Of a stretch of DNA of 64,000 nucleotides, positions 26,001 to 40,041 are shown piece after piece; the stretch's first letter is position 1, and every line of letters begins with the position of its first letter. This stretch comes from Eledone cirrhosa (taxonomy: Eukaryota), in NCBI GenBank assembly GCA_964016885.1, contig OZ024740.1, forward strand, positions 82,584,001 through 82,648,000, written 5' to 3'. Made by a program: the position numbers and the translations under genes. The notes beneath the pieces were generated by a model. That model made no database searches. It was not told the DNA's origin and saw only the letters and a list, made by a program, of their open reading frames with translations.

Positions 26001-27652
26001 TGTATCTGGAGTTTGTCCTCAAAGCGGCTGGCTTCGGCCCTGTCTTCAGAAGATGGATCGCTGCAATGCACAGCGGCACGCAATCGGTGGTCAAGGTTAA
26101 TGGCCACCACTCGAAACCATTTCGGCTCTCCTGATCTGTCCGTCAAGGGTGCTCTCTCTTTTCCCTTCTGTACGTATTGACTCGCCAGCCTTTACTGCGG
26201 AAGTTGGAGCTGTTGCAGTGAATCCCGCTCGAACCGGGACATGGAAAGGCGGTGTAGGCTTCTGCGAACGACATCACCCTGATGGTGTCGGACACCTTAG
26301 AAATCGAGGTGGTTGGCACCTTAATTGAAGGAATATGAAAGGTTGGCAGGAGCCAAACTTAACCCTGACACGTCGGTGGGCTTGCAGCATCTCGGAACCT
26401 GGAGAGGCAAGCCTATGCAGTTCAACAGCGTCGTGGGGCGCTGGACGGGCGGCCCGATAAAGATGCTCAATGTTTGGTTCGGACCAGACCTCCAGGTGTA
26501 AAGAATTTGGACGAGGTAACGAGCAGAGTAGCCAGTCTCACCCAAAAATGGGCTGGGAGGAAGCTATCACTGAAAGGTCGCGGGGATGTGGCGACTGCAT
26601 ACATCGCGTCAATCATCTACTACCGCCTGACCGTCGTGCGTTGCCCCCGTCAGCGCCTCGTCAAGATGTAACGGCTCCTCTTCAAATTCTTGTGGAGGGG
26701 GTCAGGTTCCGCTGGTGAGACGGTCCATCTGCTGCCAGCACCCTCTACGCGGAGGGCTGGGCGTGCCGTGGCTAATGATGCGCAGACATGCGTTGAGGCT
26801 GCGACATCTCCAGATATTCTGCCTAAACGATGAACAGGTGTGGTCGTAGTTTATCAGACGGGCCTTTCCGCAGCTCGTTTCTTTGACTGAGCTGCAGTCC
26901 TGGGTCAAGAACAGACCAAGACTAGGTGACTGGCACCTGGAATGTTGCCAGGCACACACTGCCCTCTACCAAGCGGGCAATGCGATCAGTGGAACTTCCA
27001 CTCTCGAGTTCTATAGCGGATTAGTGGTGGGAAATTTCGATGACGCACCCGGAGAAGCTTTGGTCCTTGACGAAGTCGAACTGACCAGTCTGATCGACCC
27101 GCCGCCTTCCTTAGGTCAGGAAGAGTAGGAAATTGTCCTCTGTCTAGTGGCCGTTGCGAAAGAGCTTATATGGTGGACCAGATTAAAAGGAATGAAGACA
27201 GACACTTCTTCGGCCAATTCTTCATCAACTTCTTCAAGTTTCACCTGGAAAGGAAGGTGAGGGTGGAGAGAGAAGTCCCCCCCCCCAGTACATTTGCTAA
27301 AAGGTGGATGAATGTGGCGAGAATGGTCCGTGTGAATGGGCTGACCATGCGCCTATAGGCTAGCTAACTTGAGGAGAGGGGTGCACTCCCTGGGTGCCCT
27401 AGAAGCGCAGGGTGGTTCAGGATTGGTCGGGTACCTGAGTCACCCCATGGTTGTCCACCCCCTACCGGGGAATTTATTTTGTTATATTTATGCATAGTTT
27501 ATTTTATATTTTTATATCTTCATTGTTAAATTAGTCTTACCATTGTGCACTTTTACTCGACCTTATTGTAAACCCCAGTATCCATGTCTGTGTATTCTCC
27601 CCTACATGTCGGCCCTTGTGGCTAATACATGAATTCATTATTATTATTATTA
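23075..27652 (+). mobile_element. Tx1-type (L1 clade) LINE, decayed, with partial ORF1 and ORF2
   Basis: T/P/K-rich ORF1 remnant, ORF2 with APE and RT motifs, 3' UTR and (ATT)n tail. Confidence 0.85.
24218..27358 (+). pseudogene. Tx1 ORF2 (APE endonuclease + reverse transcriptase), disrupted
   Basis: GSLNVRSL, AVSETR, AGDWNG, SYIDRIFI, YSDHK, KSPGLDGL, NFRPITLLNTEFKILAKVL, LDQSKAFD, VRQGC and LSLKGR, with stops and frameshifts. Confidence 0.9.
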
Positions 27653-28292
27653 TCCAGTGTCCGAGAATTGCTGACTTGTGGTTTTATGTCGAACACCTGC
27701 TGTCGCGTGTAGGACGGATCCGGCTATCAGCTGAGTCCATCGTGAGGTTTGGCCCGCCCTCTTTTTTTAGCCGGGAAGGGCAGGCAGTTTTTATCTGTCT
27801 AGTGGCCATGGCGAAAGAGATAGTATGGTGGACACGTTTGAAAGGGCTGAAGACGAGCACTTACCTCTTCGGTGATGCCCTGATTGACTTTTGCAAATTT
27901 CATTTGAAAAGGAAAATCAGAGTAGAGAGGGAAGTGCTCTCTTCCCAGCATTTTGTTGAAAGATGGGTGAGAGAAGCAAGGATGGCCTGAGTGAATGGGC
28001 CTACTCTGCGTATGTGTCTGTAAATTAAAGGTGGAATACTGGGAGAGGGCACTTGCCCTGGTGGTCAGGGTCACTGTGGCCTTTTACTGGGCTTTCTCCA
28101 CAAATGTCCCTCGGATGTCTCCCTCCTATTGGGGAATTTTTCATTGTTATTTTTTTGTTACATCCTCTGTTTTTGTTTTTTACACGTAGAAATGCCCATT
28201 TATACCGTCCTGTATTGTCCTGCACTGTCCTTAATGTCTACTTTATGTAAACACTTGTGGTTAATAAAGAAAGTATTATTATTATTATTATT
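27653..28292 (+). mobile_element. Second Tx1-type LINE 3' fragment (related family)
   Basis: CLVAMAKEIVWWTRLKG...KFHLKRKIRVERE parallels 27135-27358, followed by a 3' UTR and (ATT)n tail. Confidence 0.8.
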
Positions 28293-28301
28293 GGATTGGA
28301 T

Positions 28302-28720
28302 TGGATTGGCATTATCGGTAGAGGGTCGTATGCCATGATTTACATCATAGAGCTATGGCCCTTTACGGTCTGAGTTCAAATCCCCCCGAGGTTAACTTTG
28401 CCATTCATCCTTACGGGGTCGATAAAACAAAGCACCAGTAATGCACTGGGGTCGATTTAATCGACTTCTCCTCCAATCAAATTGCTGGCCTTCTGTTTAA
28501 AGTTGAAAGAATTATTATTATTATTATTATTATTTGGTAGAGCGTATTGTGGCATACATGTACAGCCATTTACGTTCTGAGTTCAAATCCCACCAAGGTG
28601 AGCTCTCGCTTTTATCTTTTCCGGGTCGATAAAATTAAGTACCAGTAACGCATATTGGTCAATTTAAACGAATTATCTCCTCCCCCAAAACTGTTGGCCT
28701 CGTGCTCATATCAGAAGACA
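28302..28720 (+). mobile_element. Two SINE family B copies (28302-28515; ~28535-28720)
   Basis: GAGTTCAAATCCC...GGGTCGATAAAA..AAGTACCAG in both copies. Confidence 0.8.
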
Positions 28721-29394
28721 TTTTTATGTCGGCGTCTTGAAAATAGTAGTTATTATAACACAGAGCAATTGTTTTTAGTTAACATGCTATTGTACTCTTT
28801 ATGTATATTTTATTGCAAAAATGTATCTGTAATTCTTAACTATATGCCATGTAACATGATGCAACATAACCCAATACGTTAGATCTGGATGACATCCAAA
28901 AGCAGTTTATTTGAAGTGCTCAAGTGAAATAAAAATAAACAACAGATTTGATGAAAGAAGGACATAATTCAAGAATCCACTGCCTCCAAAATAAATGTAT
29001 ATTCCAGAGTATTAGACACGTATGGAGTAAAGGAAAATTCGTATTAAAACAGCTGTTCTGCAATAATCGAATGTAACGAAATACTATAAAAATGGATTCC
29101 GCTACTGAATATATACTTACATTGCTTCGCAGAATATATAAATATTTAGTGTGCAAACTTAGATAATGTTGTGAGATTTATTTGGCTTCCATATATTTTT
29201 GAAGACGAGGTTGGAGTAGAATGCATTCTACACACATAAGTACATATAGAAAAGTGCAAAACGCATCGTCGAAACCAAAGGAGCAGGAAATGATAGCACC
29301 GATGTCAATTAATTGTAGATAACATATTAACGATATAACTTTAAAGATTACTGCAAGAGAAAAACTTCAGAACAAGAAAATATATCCAGTTAGA

Positions 29395-30390
29395 GTTTGT
29401 GACTAATCTGCCTTGTGGAAACTCCATGAAGAACTGTTCACTGGAGAACTCTACGACGCTCACCAATAAAATCTGGCAGCTTAAGGACAAAAACCTAGAA
29501 TATAAGGTTAGCTGGTCAAAATTATCGGTAGCAAAAGCCTACAGCAACGGTGTGTCCCACTGCGCGCTTTGCAATTTAGAACATATCTTAAGGTACGATG
29601 GGATGCTCCTTAACAGTAAAATAGAAAGGTCAATATTCTGTAGGCATAAAATAGCTACTAGATTCACAAACTTCAAACCACCATGATTTGAACCAGCAAT
29701 CCCGAAATTAGTATTGAACCACCTAGATTTTTAACATATAGAATACACACCATCGCACTGCTATTAACTATAAAACGGCCAACTGGTCTCTGGATCATAA
29801 ATTCTGAACATGTCTTTCACCCTCTCTCTCTGAAACACCATCAACTCCATTAAGATAGAACAATCAGCAAAACATTTACAACAAGCGTTTATCAAATGTC
29901 CCGTCATCCCTAGCCCATAAACATCATACATGTATCCGCCAATTAATCTCTAACTTATTGTCTTTTCTTTTATCGGACCCTCTACACGTATCTATGTACA
30001 TCTCGAATCTGGTTTCTCATGTTAACACTAAACCCACCAGCGAATCCTTAGGAGGACACTTACTCAAAAACTACTACTATGTACTTACATGCTCTCACTT
30101 ATTTATTTCTTTATATTTTCCTCTGTCTCATTTTCTTATTTTTTAATGTACCCTATCTTATATTTTACTTTTTACGTTTTACATCTGTAACTTCTCTACC
30201 TATTTACCATACATGTTTTATTATTGATGTTATTGTTTTGATTATACGCTATTTTTCTATATAAGTCTTGCCTCGAGTGAATTATTTCATATCTACGTAT
30301 TCTGATGTGTCGACCAGAGGTAAATAATGTATTGGAGATCGAATGACGCAACCCCTTACTGTACAGCCAACCATGTTACTCTTCATTCTT

Positions 30391-30400
<10 letters not shown>
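29395..30400 (+). mobile_element. PLE 3' fragment (GIY-YIG C-terminal half + 3' UTR)
   Basis: STTLTNKIWQLKDKNLEYKVSWSKL..AKAYSNG..CALCNLE..LLNSK.E...CRHK matches the other PLE remnants; ends in (TA)n. Confidence 0.8.
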
Positions 30401-30426
<26 letters not shown>

Positions 30427-31218
30427 TTTATTTTTTAAATAACGATATATAGTATTGTTTTATAATATACTACAATACCTTATATTTATAACTACACTCA
30501 TAATATGAAAAATTGTGCGAAAAAATATATCCACTCGTATATGTAAATACAGTATATATTTCATTTACCTATTATATTGTAATTGCTTTAAAGAATTAAT
30601 AGTTTATAATTTAATACAATACATTATAATTCTCATCTAAATATTATAAATACATCCATATTCTTAAAATATATATTAAAAAATAAATATATAAATAAAA
30701 TTTAAATAAATAAATAAGTATAATTATGTCATTCATTCTAAACCCAAGTATATATCTGTCGGTGTATATGTATGTATATTTCTATAACTAATTCTAAAAT
30801 AACTCTACAATGATTTGTCAACTTATATTAGCAAACCCTTAAACAAATTTAATTACCTATTTAAACTTTATCTAGCGTCTAAACTTAACGGCTTTTTTCA
30901 GTGTTCATGTTATCCCCATATGGCATATTTACCTGGAGTGTTGAACCTTTCGATTCACTATCCTCACTGGACTTATACCATTAAGTTCACATGGAGATAT
31001 GTCACTATCTTAACACCAATTATATTTTATCTGACGAAAGCGTACTAAAATATTTGTACCTTTGAAATACGTATAATAAAATAAATATTGTTTTATAAAG
31101 GTATTTTATATTTATTAATATTATTGATATTAATGATACTCCAGAAACCACAGTTGAGTGCTCCTAATCTGTTGTAAAATTCACTTTGTTGAATAATCAA
31201 CAAACAATATAACTGATT

Positions 31219-31257
<39 letters not shown>

Positions 31258-31469
31258 AGTACAGCATATTCGAAGTTCGATCAGCAGCTAAGCCAACGAA
31301 TACCTTCAGCAGTGCAGCCAAGCACTCAACGAGGAATAGACCTCAGAATAATAACATACAGTTTAAAGGGCTTTGCAAATTGAAAATAGCGACCGCTAAT
31401 TCAGCCGCGTGATCTGTAGCAACGAAAGAACTGACTATTGATATATATATATAGATATATATATATATA

Positions 31470-31720
31470 TATATATAAGATGAAATTGAAAATGCAACTG
31501 GAGTCTTATTTTAAAAAATATATATTTATTTGATTCCACAGATGTGAGAAAAACCACAGACCCCCCCCCCCCCAGCTCAACTCTACTTTTGAAAGGTAGA
31601 AGAACTGCGAAATAAGACTCCAGTTGCATTTTTGATTTCATCTTTTTTTCTTTATACTTTCACTCGTGTAGGACACCTCGGTTATTTTTCATTTTGTAAA
31701 ATAAACCTCACTTTCTAATA
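31470..31720. mobile_element. Rearranged fragment of the 37902-39650 pLTR family with a small inverted repeat
   Basis: GATGAAATTGAAAATGCAACTGGAGTCTTATTT (31479) is inverted at 31610-31643, and 31645-31718 matches 39575-39650. Confidence 0.7.
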
Positions 31721-31741
31721 TATACATATATATATATATGA

Positions 31742-31790
31742 GATTCTACAAGACTAGAACTGTTTCATTCTTTAGAAATCATCAGGAATC
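31742..31790 (-). ncRNA. Type I hammerhead ribozyme (left half of mini-palindrome)
   Basis: GATTC-CTGATGA-T-TTC-taaa-GAA-T-GAAA-CAG-ttctagtc-TTG-TA-GAATC. Confidence 0.75.
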
Positions 31791-31793
31791 ACT

Positions 31794-31842
31794 GATTCCT
31801 GATGATTTCTAAATAATGAAACAGTTCTAGTCCTGTAGAATC
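31794..31842 (+). ncRNA. Type I hammerhead ribozyme (right half of mini-palindrome)
   Basis: GATTC-CTGATGA-TTTCTAAATAAT-GAAA-CAG-ttctagtc-CTG-TA-GAATC. Stems I and III are perfect with a GUA triplet; ATTAAA follows at 31851. Confidence 0.75.
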
Positions 31843-32198
31843 TCATCTATATTAAAACTTTTTACTCTGCAATATATTGTGTACCTTACTTACTGTGGTT
31901 ACCTCCGATTCAACCCGGAATAACGTATATATATATATATATATATATATGAACGAGTAGGACCCCGACGGGTGAGATCAAGCCGTTTCGACGGCTAATT
32001 CTGGACTAAAAGAAAACAATTTTTTTTTTTTACTCGTTCCTATTACCCACTCTACTACCCTAATTATTGAGTACTTTGGTGCGTTATGGTCCACCTGATT
32101 CTTTACCAAATTTCCTCCGTTATATATATATATATATTTATATATATATAATAAGAAAGGGAAGTATTTTCGGATGTTAAAGTCCTTTAATAATAATG

Positions 32199-32271
32199 CT
32201 GTGATACATATTTCAATGACAACAGTGGCCACACGCTTCGGTGTACCCAGTGCCGTGACATTCTCAGACAG
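32199..32271 (-). ncRNA. Degenerate hammerhead motif
   Basis: CTGT-CTGA(-)GA-ATG...CATT-GAAA-TATGTA-TC-ACAG, with one base missing from the core. Confidence 0.4.
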
Positions 32272-32649
32272 ATTGTTACATAATAAGGTTGTTTCCGAGG
32301 CAATCCAAATTGAATAGACATGGGAACGGACAAAGCGTATGCTCTTGAGTTCGTCGCCCGTTCCCCTGTGAATCCCAATTCACCCCCAACGGTCTGCGCT
32401 GGCGCAGGTCTGAAGGAAATTGACCATCAACTACCGCAGAGTGTTAAGAAACTCGCCTAGGGAGGTTTTCCTCTCAATCAAACAATAACCCCATCCAGGC
32501 CTGTAATATGACACGGTTATAGCTTACTGCTAGCCACCCTGTTAGTGGCAGCCGGCCGAAAGCTAGTGGGGTGGGAGAGTATGAGTATCAATAGGTCCCA
32601 CTAATGCCCCTAAATTAAGCATGGACAGTAGAATTGACCATCAACCGCT

Positions 32650-32788
32650 AAGAGAATATATACTTATCTCTAGGTATTATGGTTTCACAGTGGAATTTTT
32701 CATTTTTGGTTTTTTAATGTTAATTTCACCTCTCATTCATAATTTCCACTGTGAAACCATAATACCTAGAAATAAGTATATATTCTCC
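32650..32788. repeat. ~47-bp-arm inverted repeat
   Basis: GAGAATATATACTTATCTCTAGGTATTATGGTTTCACAGTGGAA ... TTCCACTGTGAAACCATAATACCTAGAAATAAGTATATATTCTC. Confidence 0.85.
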
Positions 32789-32870
32789 ATAATACCTAGA
32801 ACTAAGTATATATGCATCATACTATTTATTCATAGGGAGGCGTGTTTTTGTGTGCGCGGGGGTTGGTGTG

Positions 32871-32975
<105 letters not shown>

Positions 32976-35900
32976 GTATATATATGTATACACACACGCA
33001 CGCAAACATACATCTCACATACTCATTCACACACACACATATACATATATATATGAAGGCAATATATTATCTTATGTATATGTTGTTTAACGGAATGTAG
33101 TGCCTCACATAGTCTTTATCCGGTATGCGCCGTAGGAATGTGGAGGTATGGTGCTCGCCACAACTAAAGCACTTTGTAATGCACTATGTCCACAAGACCA
33201 AATAGTTGTCAGAAAGTGAAATTTCGAATGAATGAACTTCGTACCAATTATTCATTGTAATTTAAGAGTGGAACAATGTATGTGAATAACACAAAATCTG
33301 GTCGACACAAATACTGTATTGAAAAATCAAGCGTAAATCGATAATCATTGTATTATTTTTTCCATTTACCTGCAACCACAATTCATTCAAAACAAAATCT
33401 AATGTAAATAAAATAAAATCATTATAAAATATATATTTAAGTAAACAACGCAACTTCATGTGTACATATTCAAATTATTAAAGATGATAACGAAATTTAA
33501 AATATAAAGTGTGAAATTGAAGAATGTCTTATAACGTCCCATAAAACCTATGAATGAATATCAAGACTGGTCGATTTATTTGATTATGATAATATAGTCG
33601 CTTATGCGCACGTGAGATAGAAATAATAGAGGCTAAAAGAAAAGCATTGTTGCATTATAATCATTAACGGAAAGCGATAAATAACACATTAGAGATTCCA
33701 TCTTCATTGATATCTATTCATGTTTTCTCTAATGAATTCAATATTGATGTCATTTATATCATTTCTAATAGAATATTAATATTTTAGATATTTTTCTATC
33801 ATATATAAATGTTATTAAGTTGAAGCATAGATAAAATGGAACACAGGGGAGAACGATCTAAAATATATTTAATAATCGAGACAAAATAATGAATAGCAAC
33901 ATTTGAAAATACTGTCTTCAGAAATTCCTTACTAAGTAAAGTCCACCGCCATCAACATCTACAGCACCGACATCTCAACAGGTAAACCTATATTACCAAA
34001 ACAATAATCTCCTTCACAGTCACACCCACAACAAAACGAATCGACGCAAAAATTAGTTGAAATATGACAGTCAAAGAAAAATAGGGACTTACATAAAAAC
34101 GAAATTGGAACAGGAGAGTTTTTCACAAACTGTAACTTCAAGACCGGCCCCACAAATTCAGTCAGCGTATCCTCCTACGCATTACGTGATATATATTGCC
34201 ACCAACGGGGTGAGCCCCTCCTCATATGTTCTTACCACCACTTCAGCTAGGTTGCATTAGCGTTAGCCTGGACCGCAATATGAATTGAGCAGCGACCTCA
34301 TGTTACTCTCAAAAAATGAATGCATGATTTCCGGATCCTGCATTCTTACTTACTTTCGAAGACTTTGACATCTACGTAATTCATAGTCGGACTGCAATGG
34401 GAGTCAGAGAAGCAGTGTTGTTTTGGAAATGGTTGGACGTGGATATACGGGTGAGGTTCGTGGAACGGACATTAAATTAGCGTTTCTTGACTTGAGCACC
34501 ATCGATGTTGTCTTTATTCTTGTGGAGTTCTTTAAATTTAATGGGGCATCAAAGAGTATCTTAAACTCACAAATGCGTGTTCGCGTTAGCTGAAAGTAGA
34601 AAGGGGGTAAGCTTTTGATTATGTCCAGATGTTTCTAACTCACATGTTCCAACTAAACACCATGAATGCACCACTGTGGATATGAATCGCATAACTTCGG
34701 GATCATTTCGAGATAGAATTGATTTTTAGGTTAAAGGTGAAAGGTTTATTACGGTCTCTACATTAACGGTCACACACTAAGGCATTATACCTGTGATCTG
34801 CATGGAGAACCAACTTACATGTAGAAAAAACCTCGCTGATGAGGAGATCAACATATCGGCCACAACATTTATATTAGGTTTTCATGAGACCGATTAAATT
34901 AGAATCGATGGATTTTAGCAAAACATGTTGCGATATAGAGAACACTGCTGGAATAGGGGGTAAATGATTAGTGGCATCTGCATGATTTTCAATATAAATT
35001 GGCACTGACCCGACCCATGAAGAATGCGTTATCCTCTCCTTTCTCAATGTAATGATTTTCCTTTCACTATTACTGAAGCCCTAGCTGTTGAAATGAATTC
35101 CGCTCGAACCGGTTCGCAGAGGGGTTGCGGCAGCGTATGCATAACGATCTCAACGTGAATATGTGTAGCACCACCTCAGATATGCAAGGGAATAGAAAAC
35201 TCTACATGCACAAGACTGCTGTTAGATAGGCCAGCCGGCTATGTACGTACTCCTGAAATGTCTTTTTTAGTGGGTGATTTGTGAAGCTGTGACTTAATAG
35301 CTGTTTTAACTCATTGATGGTTGTTCCAAAAATGAGCGTGTCGTGGCTTGAAGTAAAAATGAAAGGACTGAAACAGACATATCACTCGATGGCAAAACCA
35401 AAATTGGCAGTTTTAAATTCCACTAGCTTGGAAAGGAAGGTAAAGGTAAATTACCGTAACGAAGGTAGGGCTCTATATAGGCAAATGCATGCAGGCTAGA
35501 AAAATAGAGGAGCCAGGATCATGTGATTAGGCTGCCGTTCATGATTGGTGTGATCTCGGATATGTTGCTTTTTTTCATATATTCCAGGAATTATTTTCTT
35601 GTGGTAATATATTCATGCATCCATTTACTCGGCGTAATACTTTGTATTGTAATTCACCTTTCTTTATCTCCATGTACTGGGCTCTTGTAGCGAATACAAT
35701 ATAGTATTGCTATTATAGTTCCTGTTATTAATTTGTGTGTGTAAGATTAGCAGTACGGAAGAACCATGGATAAAATACTTTGTTGTGTTTCGTTATGATT
35801 CCGTCACTGAGGTCAACATCACTGTTCATCATTTCAAGGTCGATGAAATGCTACTCAAATACTTGGGATGGTATAATCAGCGTTCTCCTCCCCCACAATA

Positions 35901-36424
35901 TCCGGGTCTTGTAAATAATTTATACATCATTATTAAAATTAGTACACTTTGTGTTCGCGCCATCAGGACTTTTTATAAGCATGTATACATATGTATTTAT
36001 CCACATCCCTATATTTGATAAACACACCTGTAAGATTTTTACACTCTCAGTTCTTATCCAATTGATGCACAAATCTAACATCCTCCAAACATTCAAATGT
36101 CTCTCTCTATTATGCATATTTCTGTGTGCAAAATTCTATTTATATACAATTATAATGGCTATACTCTAATAGCTAAACTTCATTCTTACTGTGAACTTTG
36201 TTTCTGAACAAAACATCGATGAGAGTATCAAGACTACAAAAAGCATCAACTTAAATGAATGTGTATGTATCTGAATATATGCGTTCACATATTTTATATT
36301 TATTAGTTATTTTCATTTTTACATTAATTTTTATTTTGCTACAGCAACCGTCTCCTTAATTAGCGATCCTCATTAGCCTCGACCAGAACATTTTTCAACT
36401 ATTTAATTGTATTTAAAATCTGAT

Positions 36425-36548
36425 GTTTCTGAGGAGGGACACTGGACGACGAGCTTTTACGAAGTTAAACAATAGTTTAAGTATACATACTTCCTATTTG
36501 TTGGTCTTTATATTAATAAAGTTGTGCCCTCTCACACGACCGTAAAAC
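36425..36548 (+). ncRNA. Degenerate long-stem-II hammerhead relic
   Basis: GTTT-CTGAGGA-GGGACAC...GTGCCCTC-(tcaca in place of GAAA)-CGACCG-TA-AAAC. Confidence 0.35.
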
Positions 36549-36731
36549 AATATATTAATTAACATTTCTTATTACGCTATTGTCCATCATCATATATATT
36601 TAGGTTATATATAAATATACATGCATCGATGCATTTAAATTGTAAGTTAAACTTTATTCATTTATTCTAGTTCGATTTATTCATCGTTCGCAACTCTGTC
36701 TTAGTTTGTTTACAGAGGCTAGCTACATCTA

Positions 36732-36773
<42 letters not shown>

Positions 36774-37149
36774 AATCAAATATAGAGTTATTAACTCATA
36801 TAGGTACCCTGCAATTAAAACAAGCTCAAAGTATAAATACCGAGCATTATATAGTAATATATATGTATAAATAAACACAGTAAATTTCGTGTCTAAAATT
36901 ACGATGGTATAAGATACCACTAATGTTTTAAAAGTTTAATCTTAACCATAGAGTATGATATATTAATTTTATACTGACCGTATCAAAAATATTTCATCTC
37001 TCGGACAGACTTTAGACTCAATCTGTTTCGCCCTGAAAAATTGTGTTTGAAACAGATAATCTGTAGGCTATCATCAGCGAGAGATAGATCAAATGAAACA
37101 AAGCACCTCTAACAGCAATTTGAGGACCAAACACTTTTTATTATTTCAT

Positions 37150-37280
37150 TATTTACGATCTGAGTTCAAATCCCGCCGAGGTTTACTTTGCCTTTCAATC
37201 TTACGGGGTCGATAAAATAAAGTACCAGTAATGCACTGGTGAATTGCTGGCCTTGTGCCTAAAGTAGAAACAATTATTTC
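37150..37280 (+). mobile_element. SINE family B (further copies ~5930-5990, 50170-50305, 51270-51365, 55805-55925, 59715-59785)
   Basis: Shared B-box and core sequence. Confidence 0.8.
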
Positions 37281-37901
37281 ATTATTCTTCGAGTAAATAA
37301 CATTCTTTTAGCTTTCATGGCACAAAGCGATTACTACGCTAATGTTCAATCCAAAACGCCCAATTGTGAAAGAAGCTGACACGCTCTTCTATGAAATCGT
37401 GATGAATTTGGGAGAAGAATCAGGCTGGGAACTGACCATAAATAACATCCTATTCTAGCTGAAAATTAAAATAAACAATATAAAATTAAAATAAACAATA
37501 TAAAATTAAAACAAACAATAGCTGGAAATTAAAACGGAAACACGTTTGAAATCTGTGTCATGAAAATGTTCAAGAGGAACGAACTATTAATTAGATCAAG
37601 GAATTGTATACGAAAAATAGCTAATAGATATTCAAATACGCATATAGATTTGCCCCCAACCATATTTCAATTGTGCGTAAAATGTTTCTTTATTTTATAC
37701 TGTGCTGTTATATGAAGAATGCTTCCTTAACTCTGTATTTTGGGGTTAAATCTGTACGTCTCCAGTTGTTAGGTTAGCCGCAAATTTCAACATGTTCTTG
37801 ACGGTAAAATATAGATAAGCAGTGTTTGAAAAACACTACAACATATAATAGGAATAATGCATTTTTGGAAAATATACCCTTAAAACCGATGCATAGTATA
37901 T

Positions 37902-39751
<1,850 letters not shown>

Positions 39752-39909
39752 AGTATACCAAAACATACGGTAGTGTTCAATCCGTATGAAGAACTCAGTG
39801 TAATCCAAATATCATGAAAAGAGATGTATACACACATTTTTTAGTTGAAAATCACAGGAAAACAGATGAAGACAAATTAATAAAAACAATGAATAAAAAT
39901 AAACAAACA

Positions 39910-40041
39910 TCATTTTACGATCCTTTCTAGGATATATGTGTGTGTGTAGGTATGTATATCATATATATCTATGTAAACAATTTACAAATTATCAGATGGA
40001 ATATACATACCTACACATATATATGCCGTCTTCAGAAATAA
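39910..40041 (-). ncRNA. Type I hammerhead motif with ~100-nt stem II
   Basis: TTATTT-CTGAAGA-CGGCATATATATGTGTAGGTATGTATAT...ATATACATACCTACACACACATATATCCTA-GAAA-GGATCG-TA-AAATGA. Stem I is 6 bp. Confidence 0.65.

Noticed and set aside
34000-35500. More GC-balanced stretch with an AFLDLS-like motif
   Set aside because: Probably an ancient LINE, but too degraded to assign.
37010-37082. CTGATGA...GAAAC..GTC on the minus strand
   Set aside because: Stem I does not pair convincingly.
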